This document shows positions 50,801 to 60,915 of a DNA stretch of 64,000 bases, in pieces. A program made the position numbers and the translations under genes. Positions within the stretch are counted from its first letter, which is position 1. Each line of letters begins with the position of its first letter. The stretch covers positions 38,502,001 through 38,566,000 of the forward strand of contig NC_082726.1 in the NCBI RefSeq assembly GCF_030144855.1, given 5' to 3'. The notes below the pieces were generated by a model that saw only the letters and a program-made list of their open reading frames with translations, made no database searches and was not told the DNA's origin. The stretch comes from Hypanus sabinus. Lineage: Eukaryota.

Positions 50801-51932
50801 CTTCGGAGATGGTCTGAAGCTCGTAATTAAGTTTTGCTGCCAGGTCTTGTTCTGACGTTACAGCCGAGCGAGCAATTTTAGCAACGTGAAGGGCCAGGGA
50901 AGGTACCTGATCTACAAAGCAATAGTGGGCGCCCAACAGCTCTGTGACTTTCCGGATTACATTGGGCATTTCTTTCCTTACGGCTAGAATGGAGGTGGCT
51001 TTCTCAAGGGCTCTGTCTGCATTTACCGGTACACAGGGGAACACACCGTTCACTTCCCAGCTCTGGCCGGTGATGGGGCTGACTGACCTGGCAAGGGGAA
51101 CAGTGATGAAGAAGTCAGATGAGCCAATGCGCAGCTTCTGAACGTTGAGAGAGCCGCCCGCTGTCCGCTCCCCCACCAAAAGGCCGCGGTCTAACTGCTT
51201 CAGGATGTACGCTACGTCCTCGGCTACCCCATTGGTGTTCTTGCTAATAAGCACCAGGACGTCTTTATCCTTGTCATATCTTTCACCCAGCAGAACGGGT
51301 AGGGTCCATATATCCTTCGTGGTATTGGACGGGCGGTCATATATAGAGTCGATATGTATGGCAGGGTTTGCATCGCAGAAGTAAGATATGATGTAAGGAA
51401 TACCGGAAACCTTTCCGCTGCTACTGTAGCGGAGATCCAGGATCATGGCGCTGGTGCTGACCATGGACTTCCAAACCGTGTTTACTAGAATCGGGCCAAC
51501 TACTTTGACGATGTCCTCCTCAATAATATGGTCAATTCTCAAGTAGCCAATGTTATTTTCCAAGATTTCGAACTTGATTGAATTTTGGACCAATGCCATG
51601 ACTATCTCGGGGCTTGGGGGAGGGAGGTTGACTGGTTCCGAGAGAGAGGTCCCGGGTTCGTACGTGACCAGTAATCGGGGGTCGCTCAAGGCCCCCTGGA
51701 CGCCAGAGGTCAACATTGCCGCAAGACTTTGCGGATCATTCTCACGCAATATGTCGCCACTCTGATTGACTTGCCTGATGGCCTCTTTCATCCCAACTAA
51801 ATTCTCTGGGAAGCAGTAGTTATCCAGCAGGATCTCAGCCATGTCCAGCATCAGCGTGGATTGAAATGTCTCGTCGGTGGGCACATACTGCAGTAAAAAA
51901 AGCGCCAGACAAATGAACGTCCTTGTCGTCAT
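44486..51932 (-). CDS. RBP3: Retinol-binding protein 3 (interphotoreceptor retinoid-binding protein, IRBP), four modules, ~1219 aa; exons 51932-48933, 48827-48637, 45037-44895, 44811-44486
   Basis: Signal peptide [18 protein letters not shown], then [26 protein letters not shown]. Four modules with the repeated GYLR(F/I)D, IDLRYN.GG, VGE.T.GG and W.G.GV.P motifs. Exons of 3000/191/143/326 nt splice in frame with GT-AG. Confidence 0.97.
44895..45037 (-). CDS. RBP3: RBP3 exon 3
   Basis: [47 protein letters not shown](G)|GTAAG; 143 nt. Confidence 0.95.
45295..46140 (+). mobile_element. Penelope-like fragments in RBP3 intron 2 (inverted tail, GIY-YIG C-terminus, 3' region, hammerhead motif)
   Basis: PVAIHFN..., [23 protein letters not shown]; CTGATGAAGGTCTCGGCCCGAAACGTC at 46051-46077. 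Confidence 0.8.
46345..46610 (+). mobile_element. tRNA-derived SINE (V-SINE-like)
   Basis: B-box ggagttcaatccc, core tgcgtgggtttc..ccggtttcctcccacag..aag, ttaattggtcattgtaaattgtccc. Confidence 0.75.
48637..48827 (-). CDS. RBP3: RBP3 exon 2
   Basis: cccccag|[34 protein letters not shown]...LIVDL(R)|GTAAT; 191 nt. Confidence 0.95.
48933..51932 (-). CDS. RBP3: RBP3 exon 1 (modules 1-3 and start of module 4)
   Basis: 3000-nt open frame from the ATG at 51932 to ...VVPMP|GTAGGA. Confidence 0.97.
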
Positions 51933-52004
51933 TTTCACAAAGCTCCAGTACACCGGGGGAACCGACCTGGAGCAACACCCTTCAATTTGGACTGAAATGA
52001 AAGC

Positions 52005-52082
52005 TGTCTCTTAAATCTCGGTGCTCCGGATGAGAGAGATTAAAGTGCTCATTTCTGTTGGGTGTATAATCTCATTAGAGTG
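52005..52082 (-). promoter_or_regulatory. RBP3 proximal promoter: paired-class homeodomain P3 palindrome, CRX/OTX2-type K50 site and TATA-like box
   Basis: TAATCTCATTA (TAAT-N3-ATTA) at 52067-52077, GATTAA at 52038-52043, ATTTAAGA on the minus strand at ~52009-52016, all within ~150 bp of the ATG. Confidence 0.7.
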
Positions 52083-53960
52083 CAGACTCCCGAACCGTTG
52101 CCTATAAATAGCATTAAAAAAGCATGGTTTTCCAACGTTAGGTGGTTCCAATTCCAGCTTTGAATCTCAACCTTGCACAGGATCCTGAATGGTAGATCTG
52201 GCAGAGTAGTCAGAAGTGAAGTTTGCTTATTGCCGGCTAAGCAAAGGTTGTAGTTAATATTGCATGGAGAATTTCTTCACGAATAAAATCAGAATACATC
52301 CGGCTGCTAATTAGTGATCAACAAATAGCCTGTCAAATGTTCTACTATCCCGATAATTTTCTTTCACTTCTACTTTCTGTTTTTGGAGAGATTGATTTCT
52401 TTCTCTCCTCCGGTTTTTCTATCTTCTTTTATAAGCACAGCATTATAACCCAAGTTTCCCACTGTATCACATAAATGGAATCTGTTGTGACAGTAATCCC
52501 CACACAATATGTGATTAACTTTTTAACACCGCTGAGGAACATATGGCCGTGTCTTATCAACGGTCTCAGCCAATGGAAGCGCTTGTTTTGAGGCTACTTA
52601 GCACATTAGCATCCTGCATTTGGGGTCAGTGTGATTATGAAGGCGACGGGTTGCACTTTGGCAACCGAATGTATTCCCAACTTAGCTTTCGGGCATTTAT
52701 CCGAATATTTTGATATTTTAAGTGGGAGAAAGATTGGTAAGCCCATGGGATAGAAATTTTTGAAAAACTGATTTAATAAAATGGACTTTCTTTTTAATGG
52801 AATCAACCAAAATCAACATTAATGGTATTTATCATTTCAAAATAGACATGTGAATAACGGAACGGAAAGAGATAGTTAGCATGAGGTTGAAATAAAAGTA
52901 AATGAATACACTGTAATTTTTTTTGCGGCTATCGGACCCGCCCGCAGCTTTTGAAGGAAATGAATGAGTCTTAGTCTAAAACGAGGCGGTTTCACGGCCA
53001 GATGCTTTTGTCCACGACCTACAATACATTTGAAATGCCGCACAGCCTAATCATAGCTGTTGGATAACAATTCCTTGTAATTCAAATTCCTTTAATTATT
53101 TAGAAAAACACAATCAACATTAGATCTAGTGAAAATCGAATCTCAGTACCCGTTACTAAATATTCAGCTTCCAGAGCAGATGGGAAAACATCTCGATCTT
53201 GGTTCAATTTCTGTGCGGTTTTGATGCGTGTCTATGATCTGAAGTTAGCACAGCTATAAAGGAAGGTTTATATTGAATGTTCTAAGGGAATTATTGGTGA
53301 TTCGGACGATCTTTTATGGAAACCCTATTTTCTCTCTCCTTTCTTTGTGATAACATTTGGAAAATGAAGTTAATAGACTTAAAGCCAATATGTTACCTCT
53401 ATATAAACCGCGTGTATCTTCCAACTTAAATCTGCAGTGTAGGATATTAAAATATATATAAATTTATGTCACATCACCACTCTAGGAAGAATCCGCCACC
53501 TCAGTCACTTAAGTTGGAAGTGTAGTTTGCTGACATGATACCATGGAGATTATCAAACTGGTCTTATAGAACGTACGATGTTTTAAACTTTCAAATAGAA
53601 AAAAACTGAATTTCAACAATAGATCTCAATTTCAATGTTTTCCCTGCTCATTGAACGTCTAATGAATATAATATATTATTCTTAATTAATAACTGTAGAA
53701 GTGATTTAATTTGATTCCTCTCCGGATTAGTTAATCCAACTATTCAAAAAGAGAAAAAAAACATTTTACACCTTTGGATATCTTTACTACGTTTAAGACA
53801 TAAAATTTCTCAGTGTATTGAAACTGTTGTTAAAATGTCTACGTTTGTACATTTAATCAACTCAGATCATATCACCGTTACATAAATATATTTTATTGGA
53901 TACGATATTGCGTTGAGAACGGTGATCTGACTGCGACCGGTCTGAATCCCTCCCGGATTA

Positions 53961-53975
53961 CCACGAGATGGCGCC
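53961..53975 (+). promoter_or_regulatory. Candidate CTCF site
   Basis: CCACGAGATGGCGCC, one mismatch to the CCASYAGRKGGCRS core. Confidence 0.45.
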
Positions 53976-55374
53976 GGCGCCGCTATTTTGGAGTTGCTGA
54001 TCTGGGCCTTCAGTTTTCAGTTCAAACCAGGAACAAGGAGACTTCTGAAATTCTCTTACTACTTTTCCAGTAGAAACTTAAATGTAAATCGTAATTGAAC
54101 ATATGTAATATACAACGATTGTTTATCATGCGTGCATTAAGGGCCATAAGATATAGGTATAGAATTGGTTACATATGTAGAAATTCCATAACATATTTAC
54201 AAATTTAATTGGTTACAGAACCATGACAGCGCTTTTGTGCTTTAGATCCTGACAAAATACCTACAAAATAACTCCAGTCATTTGCACATATTTTCCATTA
54301 TTTGGGTCTTTAATTAACCGATATCACCTGGGTTACAGCTACTTCAGTTCTTGTTGCTTTACAAGTTTCTCTAAGATGATTTATCTGTCAATCAAAGCCA
54401 GGAGCCTTTTAGCTCCCGGTTCGCCACATTTTTCAACCCCTTCTCCAGCGCGCGCGCACACCTGACAGTTATTTCGGCACCGCCAGCTCGTGTGAATTTC
54501 TGTCAGGGAGAATGTTTGGAAGCAGTTATAATTTAGTAGTTACAGAATGAAGTTTATTGTTAGCTAAAGTCTATAAGATCGATCTGGGGCTAAATTTGTA
54601 TTTGCAGGAAAAATTGTTGCCGATTTCTAGAGAACGTGTAAATATTATTTAAGAATGGATGGCAAAAACGATGATCGCAGGAACCTTCTGGAATATAATT
54701 CCCTTTGTTCGAACTTCCCAATTGTGGCTGCAGTCAGAAACTCGTTTCGGTAAGAAAAGCAACAGTTTCCACGACATGGAAATGAATATAAACAGCCGTG
54801 CTCCACTTCGGCCAAATTTAGCAGGGCATAATCGTTTCAGTGGAAATGTTTTCATGAAGGTCATGTTATAAACTTTAGTTAGACCACACTTGGCGGACTG
54901 AGCTCAGTTCTGGTGACAAAATAAGAACGACCGAGGCACGAAGCAAGGTACAATTGGCATGAAAATCTGAACTGACTCATCTCTGGAGAAGGCTGAGGTA
55001 AAATGATGAAAGATCTCCATAAGGCAGAGAAGTCAAGAATGTAATATACTTTCTAATAATTCCATTAAGGAATTCGGGGGAAAGTTTTTACTCAAAGGAT
55101 ACTTTAATGCAAGTAATAAGTAGCCACCACAGAAGACATATTGAGGTATTTAACTAGAAATGACAAACTCTGGCTGGCAAAAGATGTGAGGTATGTTTAC
55201 TGTAGTTGTAGAAGAGGGCGCATGTCGCAGCCAAACATTGCCGTGATCTATGGGGCAATAGTAACTCCAGGCCTCCCATATGCTTCTAAGACCCGGATTA
55301 CTTCTCGCAGGTATCTGAAGGCACTGGGGAGATACAGTCTCCAAAACGACCACATAACTTACTGGAACTGAGCT

Positions 55375-55665
55375 CTGAATTAGGCTATTCGGCCCATTAA
55401 GTCTGCTCTGCTATACCATTCCATCATCCCTCTCAACCCCATTCTTCTGCCTTCTCTCCATACCATTTGACGCCCTAGCAAATCAAGAACCTAGCAATCT
55501 TTTGCTTTAAATATACCCAATTATTATGGCCTCCACAACCCTTTATGGTAATGAAATCTATAGATTCACTACCCTTTCGCTGAAGAAATCCCTCTTAAAC
55601 TCGGCTCTAAGAGGATGCCCTTTTGAGTATGTACTCCCTGGTGTCAGACTACTCCACTATAAGAA
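55375..55665 (-). mobile_element. CR1-derived 3' tail
   Basis: ggctattcggcccattaagtctgct...ctctcaaccccattc...tatagattcactaccct..tgaagaaatccctc. Confidence 0.65.
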
Positions 55666-56240
55666 ACGTCAGCGTGTTAGGCAAATAGAGAGTCGACGTT
55701 TGGAGTCGAGGCTTTCCGCTTCTCTAGACAGCGCTTTGTGTGTTGCTCCAGATTTCATCGGCTGCCACCTCTGTCACACATCCTCCATGGGTTACTCCGG
55801 GAACACGTGGACGTGCCGCTACCCGTCGTTTTGGCAGGCACGTCGCCTGGCTTCAAGCGGTGGTATCAAGTGGAACTCCGCACTATCCTTTGCTCAGAGG
55901 CGAAGAGCGGAACTCGTAAATCAATTGCATCATCCAGCAGCGAGCAGCTTCCAGCGTCTACAATTTAAATCAATGTATGAAGAGAAAACAACATTAACAT
56001 AAGATACAATGCCATTAAAATAATTGCATTTCTTACTTTAAAATACAATGTTTTGGCCCAGGAAGTAAAATGGAAACGGATAACCAATATCGAGGCTGTT
56101 TTACTTCCCTGCAGTTATCTTAGTTTTAGCGCTGTCCCTTGCAGAGGCTCTTAGCGAATGCAGTACTTTGCTCTGCGCCAAACTAATGGGCAATTTCTGC
56201 ACTAAATAGGAAACCGGGGTTGTTTTCACATTCCCAATTT

Positions 56241-56365
56241 CATAGAAACATAGAAAACCTACGGCAGAATACAGGCCTTTCGGCCCACAAAGCTATGCCG
56301 AACATGTCCTCACCTTAGAAATTACCGAGAGTTACCCATAGCCCTCGATATTTCTAAGCTCCATG
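56241..56365 (-). mobile_element. CR1 3' terminus
   Basis: catagaaacatagaaaacctac..aatacaggcctttcggcccaca (reversed CR1 tail repeat). Confidence 0.7.
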
Positions 56366-57624
56366 ACAAACCTCCACCCACAAACAAATTTCACCTTAAG
56401 TTGAACAGGAGCTTGGTTTTTAATATTTATTGGGCTTTTTGCAACGCACGAAGTATTGCTGAGTGAGCTCCTCGGTGTACCCGGGTAGTCCGAATCCACC
56501 GGTATTCCCGGGCAAGAATAAGTCGGTATCTGAAGTTAACTACGGGTTGCATTGCACATTTAAGCCTACCGAGCAGTTCAGTGATGTGGTAGTCCGGCAC
56601 CCTGACTGATCCAGGTTGCCTGAAGCCTTTGCCTTCAAAGCCAACACCCAGATGCTCTTAAGGAGGTCGAGGTTGGACATTTTCCTAAAATGGTCCACGG
56701 TGAAAATGATTGACTCTAGGTCTTTAACCCAGTAACATTAAAAGAACCAAGATTATCGCCTGAATAAGGGAGGAAACCAGGTTGCGTCTGTGTTCCCACG
56801 CATCTACTGCCCTTCCGCTTCTAGTGGCTTAGCAAGTGATACCTGACATCAACAGATACAGCCATAGCGGATCAAATAGTCACTGTTGTGAGCGGCAAAC
56901 CGATCAAACTTGTTCCGTTCAGCCCGTCTCTCCGCTGCTAGCCCGGTGAGTTGCCGCCCGTGCCCCTGTGGTGATCATTGGTGCGCAGGGAGTCACGTGC
57001 TCTGGTGAAGCCGCAGCCGTGTTGAAGACAGGACTATGCCGTGGTTAGACCGAGCGCGGTTACAATGGAGGTTTGGCTGAGGTATGAAGTAACGAACGGT
57101 GCTTTTACAAAAGCAACTTCACTTAAGGTCTTCTACCAGAAAGCCACTTTGGATGTTATATCAGGTAAAAAAGATATTTTATTTTGTTAAAAATGTAGAC
57201 CATGTTACTGGATTAGTTAATCTAGAAAATGCGAGATTAGATGCCATTTCGAGATTCAACTGAAAAGGAACTGGTTCAGGTAGCTTTTTTTCGCCACTAA
57301 AGTTCTTGTTAAGGAATGGATACTACTACTCTAACTTCGATTGGAGGCATTCTCGGTGTTTCTTATCTGGAGCACATCGTTGCCTGCCGGGCAGCTGAAG
57401 ACTGAAGCCAGGCTGTGTCTCGGGAAATGGCCACTAGTGGAGAGAAGCAAAGATCAACAGAGATCGTCAAAATTTCGCGCACAATTCGGACTTTTCGCGT
57501 CTTGGCCAATGACTGCGTTGAGATGCTGGAGTTCATGCATTGGGAGTAGAGGGTCTTCTGAAATGGTGCAAGAAACAGCCCAGCTCCCAGACTTAGCTCC
57601 CAGCTCAGGAGCAGTTCACCCCCT

Positions 57625-58444
57625 CCTGAGTACAGGGCGACATTGGAAAACTTTATCACATGGTGCGAGCAGAATCATCTGCAGCTTAATCTGAAAAAGA
57701 CTAAGGAGCTGGTGGTGGACCTGAGGAGGGCTAAGACACTGGTGACCCCTGTTTCCATCCAATGGGTCAGTGTGGACATGGTGGAGGATTACAGGTACCT
57801 GGGGATACAAATGGACAATAAACTGGACTGGTCAAAGAACACTGAGGCTGTCTACAAGAAAGGTCAGAGCCGTCTCTATTTCCTGAGGAGACTGAGGTAC
57901 TAGAACATTTGCTGGATGATGCTGAGGATGTTCAACGAGGCTGTGGTGGCCAGTGCTATCATGTTTGCTGTTGTGTGCTGGGGCAGCAGGTTGAGGGTAG
58001 CAGACACCAACAGAATCAACAAACTTATTTGTAAGGCCAGTGATGTTGTGGAGGTGGAACTGGACTGGAACTGGAACTGATGGTGGTGTCTGAAAAGAGG
58101 ATGCTGTCCAAGTTGCATGCCATCTTGGACAATGACTCCCATCCACTCCATAATGTACTAGTTAGGCACAGGAGTTAGGCCAGAGACTCATTCCACCAAG
58201 AAGTAACACTGAGCATCATAGGAAGTCATTCCTACCTGTGGCCATCAAACTTTACAACTCCTCCCTCGGAGTGTCAGACACCCTGAGCCAACAGGCTGGT
58301 CCTGGACTTATTTCCACTTGGCATGATTAACTTATTTATTTATTTATGGTTTTATATTGCTATATTTCTTCACTATTCTTGGTTGGCGCTGCTGTAACGA
58401 AACCAAATTTCCCTCAGGATCAATAAAGTATGTCTGTCTGTATG
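57625..58444 (+). mobile_element. Rex1/Babar-clade LINE 3' fragment
   Basis: FITWCEQNHLQLNLKKTKELVVDLRR...YRYLGIQMDNKLDWSKNT..KKGQSRLYFLRRLR; ends ggatcaataaagtatgtctgtctgt. Confidence 0.88.
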
Positions 58445-59029
58445 TCCCTTCCCAGTGATAAAATTCGTAAGTTCCACATTGATTTCATCAGATGTGTCAA
58501 AACCTAAAAAAAACTAGAGGTGAAGCAAGCCATCTCCAAGTAATGATCTATAAGCTGCAGCGATTACGGCAATTCACTATTTTCTATGTAACACTCAGGT
58601 GATTCAACATTGATGTTGCTCTTTCAAATATCTCTAGCTCCTCTGCTGCCAGCTTTATCCTCAGAAGTGGATTTCTATAGCACTGATACATGATAAAAAA
58701 AACTGCAGCTACTTTAAGTCTGAAATAAAAACATAATATGTTGAAAACATCCACCTTGTCAGGCAGTTTCTGCGGAAGGAGAGACAGAATGAACTTTTCA
58801 GGCACAAGGGCCCTTCATCTGGCTGAATCGGAGTACTGAGTGTTTCTGGTATTTTCTGTTTTCAGTACTGCACCGTGCACTGAGTTAATGTTCCAGTAGG
58901 GCAGTGTAGGTCACCAGTAGTGAAATGTGCCGTAAGTGGGAAGGCTGCTTCATACCAGGAATGGTCCATAAGTGCATCTTGCTCATCCTGAGGGGAAAAA
59001 ATATTCATAATCCCAGCAAATGTTTATTG

Positions 59030-59805
59030 AAACAACATGCACAAAATGCTGGTGGAATGCAGCAGGCCAGGCAGCATCTATAAGAAGAAGTACAGTCGAC
59101 ATTTCGGGCCACGTCCCATTACCATTCTGATATGTCATTCCACGTCTCATTCCCATTCAGATATGTCACTCATTTTAATTCCACATCCCATTCCCATTCT
59201 GATATGTCTATCCATGGCCTCCTTTATTATCAAGATGAAGCCACACTCAGGTTGGAGGAACAACACCTTATATACCAGCTGGGTAGTCTCCAACCTGATG
59301 GCATGAACATTGATTTCTCTAACTTCTGTTAATGCCCCCCTCCCCTTCTTACCCCACCCTTTATCTATCTATCTATCTATCTATTTATTAATTATTTTTC
59401 CCTTTTTTCCTCTCTCTTTTTTCTCTCTCTGTCCCACTCACAACCACTCCTTGCCCACTTTCCATCTCCCTCTGGTGCTCCCCTCCCCCTTTCTTTCTCC
59501 CTAGGCCTCCCGGCCCATGATCCTCTCCCTTCTCCAGCCCTGTATCCCTTTTGCCAAACATCTTTCCAGCTCTTAGCTTCATCCCTCCCCCTCCGGTCTT
59601 CTCCTATAATTTCTGATCTCCCCCTCCCCCTCCCACTTTCAACTCTTACTATCTTTCCTTTCAGTTAGTCCCGACGAAGGGTCTCGGCCCAAAATGTTGA
59701 CAACGCTTCTCCCTATAGATGCTGCCTGGCCTGCTCCGTTCCACCAGCATTTTGTGTGAGTTGCTTGAATTTCCAGCATCTGCAGATTTCACTTGTGTTT
59801 GCGTT
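59030..59805 (+). mobile_element. Penelope-like fragment with inverted 5' copy of its tail
   Basis: 59035-59110 is the reverse complement of the tail at ~59685-59765; GIY-YIG C-terminus [49 protein letters not shown]; decayed hammerhead motif at ~59667-59702. Confidence 0.82.
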
Positions 59806-59990
59806 TTTAAATGTATATTGAACTCAATTTATCTTATCGAGTTTAGTTTCTATTTCTGAATCATTTCCATATTGTAGAGAATGAAACAGCAAATGGAAAG
59901 AGTTTGAACATTCTGCCCATGCTTGTGGGTGGGAGGGAGGAAAGGGGTTTGTTTACTGTTATTGTTTTGTTGCTTGTTGTGTTCTGTGTT

Positions 59991-60327
59991 GGTCATGAAC
60001 CCTGCTGGCTTTGCACCTGCATTTTTTAATTGTTGTCGCATCTAGAGTCATTAAGCCCTTGTGCTTTCTGTTTAATCCTGTCAAGTTAGTTGTATCTGGC
60101 ATGGGTTTTCTGCATTCTGTGACTATTTAAAGCAGGCTCCTAAGTAGCGCTGATTGCGGGGTCCTTGTGTGTGTGTTTCAAGAACGATTAGTCTTGCAGC
60201 GTCGCTCAGTCAAGCCACCAAAGTTCAGTTGGACTTTTGATGAATAAACTCTTGTTTCTTGCTCAACGTGGAAGTTTGCTGTTCCTCCGCACCTGGATGC
60301 CATCATTTGTTAGCACACATTGTGACA
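59991..60327 (+). mobile_element. Solo LTR (337 bp) inserted in a SINE-like repeat
   Basis: Exact 5-bp TSD GTGTT (59986-59990 / 60328-60332), ends gGTCATG...TGTGACA, internal TATTTAAA and AATAAA. Confidence 0.75.
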
Positions 60328-60554
60328 GTGTTGCTCTGCCAAGCAAAGAATGCATGCTATGTTGGTGCCAAAGTGTGTGGTGACACTGGCAGGCTGGTCT
60401 TGCACATTGTTAGGTGTGTTGGCTTTTAACACAAACAATGTATCTTTCAATGTACATGAGCTAAATAAACATTTTTTTTCTCCAGCATTTGGAGCAATTC
60501 GATGGCCACCACGCTTCAGTGAACATAATAGTGGTTCGGACTGAATAGCGATAC

Positions 60555-60915
60555 AAGGGCTTGCAGATGCTGGAATCGGAAGCAACAAACAGAATGCGGA
60601 AGAATTTGAAGGGTCAGGCAGCATGTGAGGAAGCAAAGGAGCAGTTGTTGCTTTGGACTGAGAACCTTGAATATTTGACTGAACGATGGGGGGGGGGGAA
60701 TAGCCAGTGTAAAGGTGTGGGGAAACGAGGTCGAGCGATAGGTGATTCCAGGTGAGGAGTGGTGTTGGGCAGATGGAGGGATGAAGAGTAGGTATGGTGA
60801 TAGACACTGAGAGGTGATAGGTGAGTCAACAAAGGGTTGCAGATGATGGAATCTGATAGGAAGGGAAGTTGGGGTGTGGAACTGCACAGGAAAATGGGGT
60901 GGGCAGAGGATAACA
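60555..60915 (-). mobile_element. Penelope-like 3' region fragment
   Basis: gcagatgctggaatc...gggtcaggcagcat followed by a purine-rich tract resembling 8640-8900. Confidence 0.55.

Noticed and set aside
48855-51765. Several plus-strand ORFs overlapping RBP3 exon 1
   Set aside because: Antisense shadows of a long coding exon
51933-51953. Upstream start (MYWSFVK) given by the ORF track for RBP3
   Set aside because: It is a GTG; the ATG at 51932 begins a proper signal peptide
55526-56002. 158-aa ORF upstream of RBP3
   Set aside because: Starts inside a CR1 tail, has no recognisable domain, and the minus-strand frames after a candidate acceptor all hit stops
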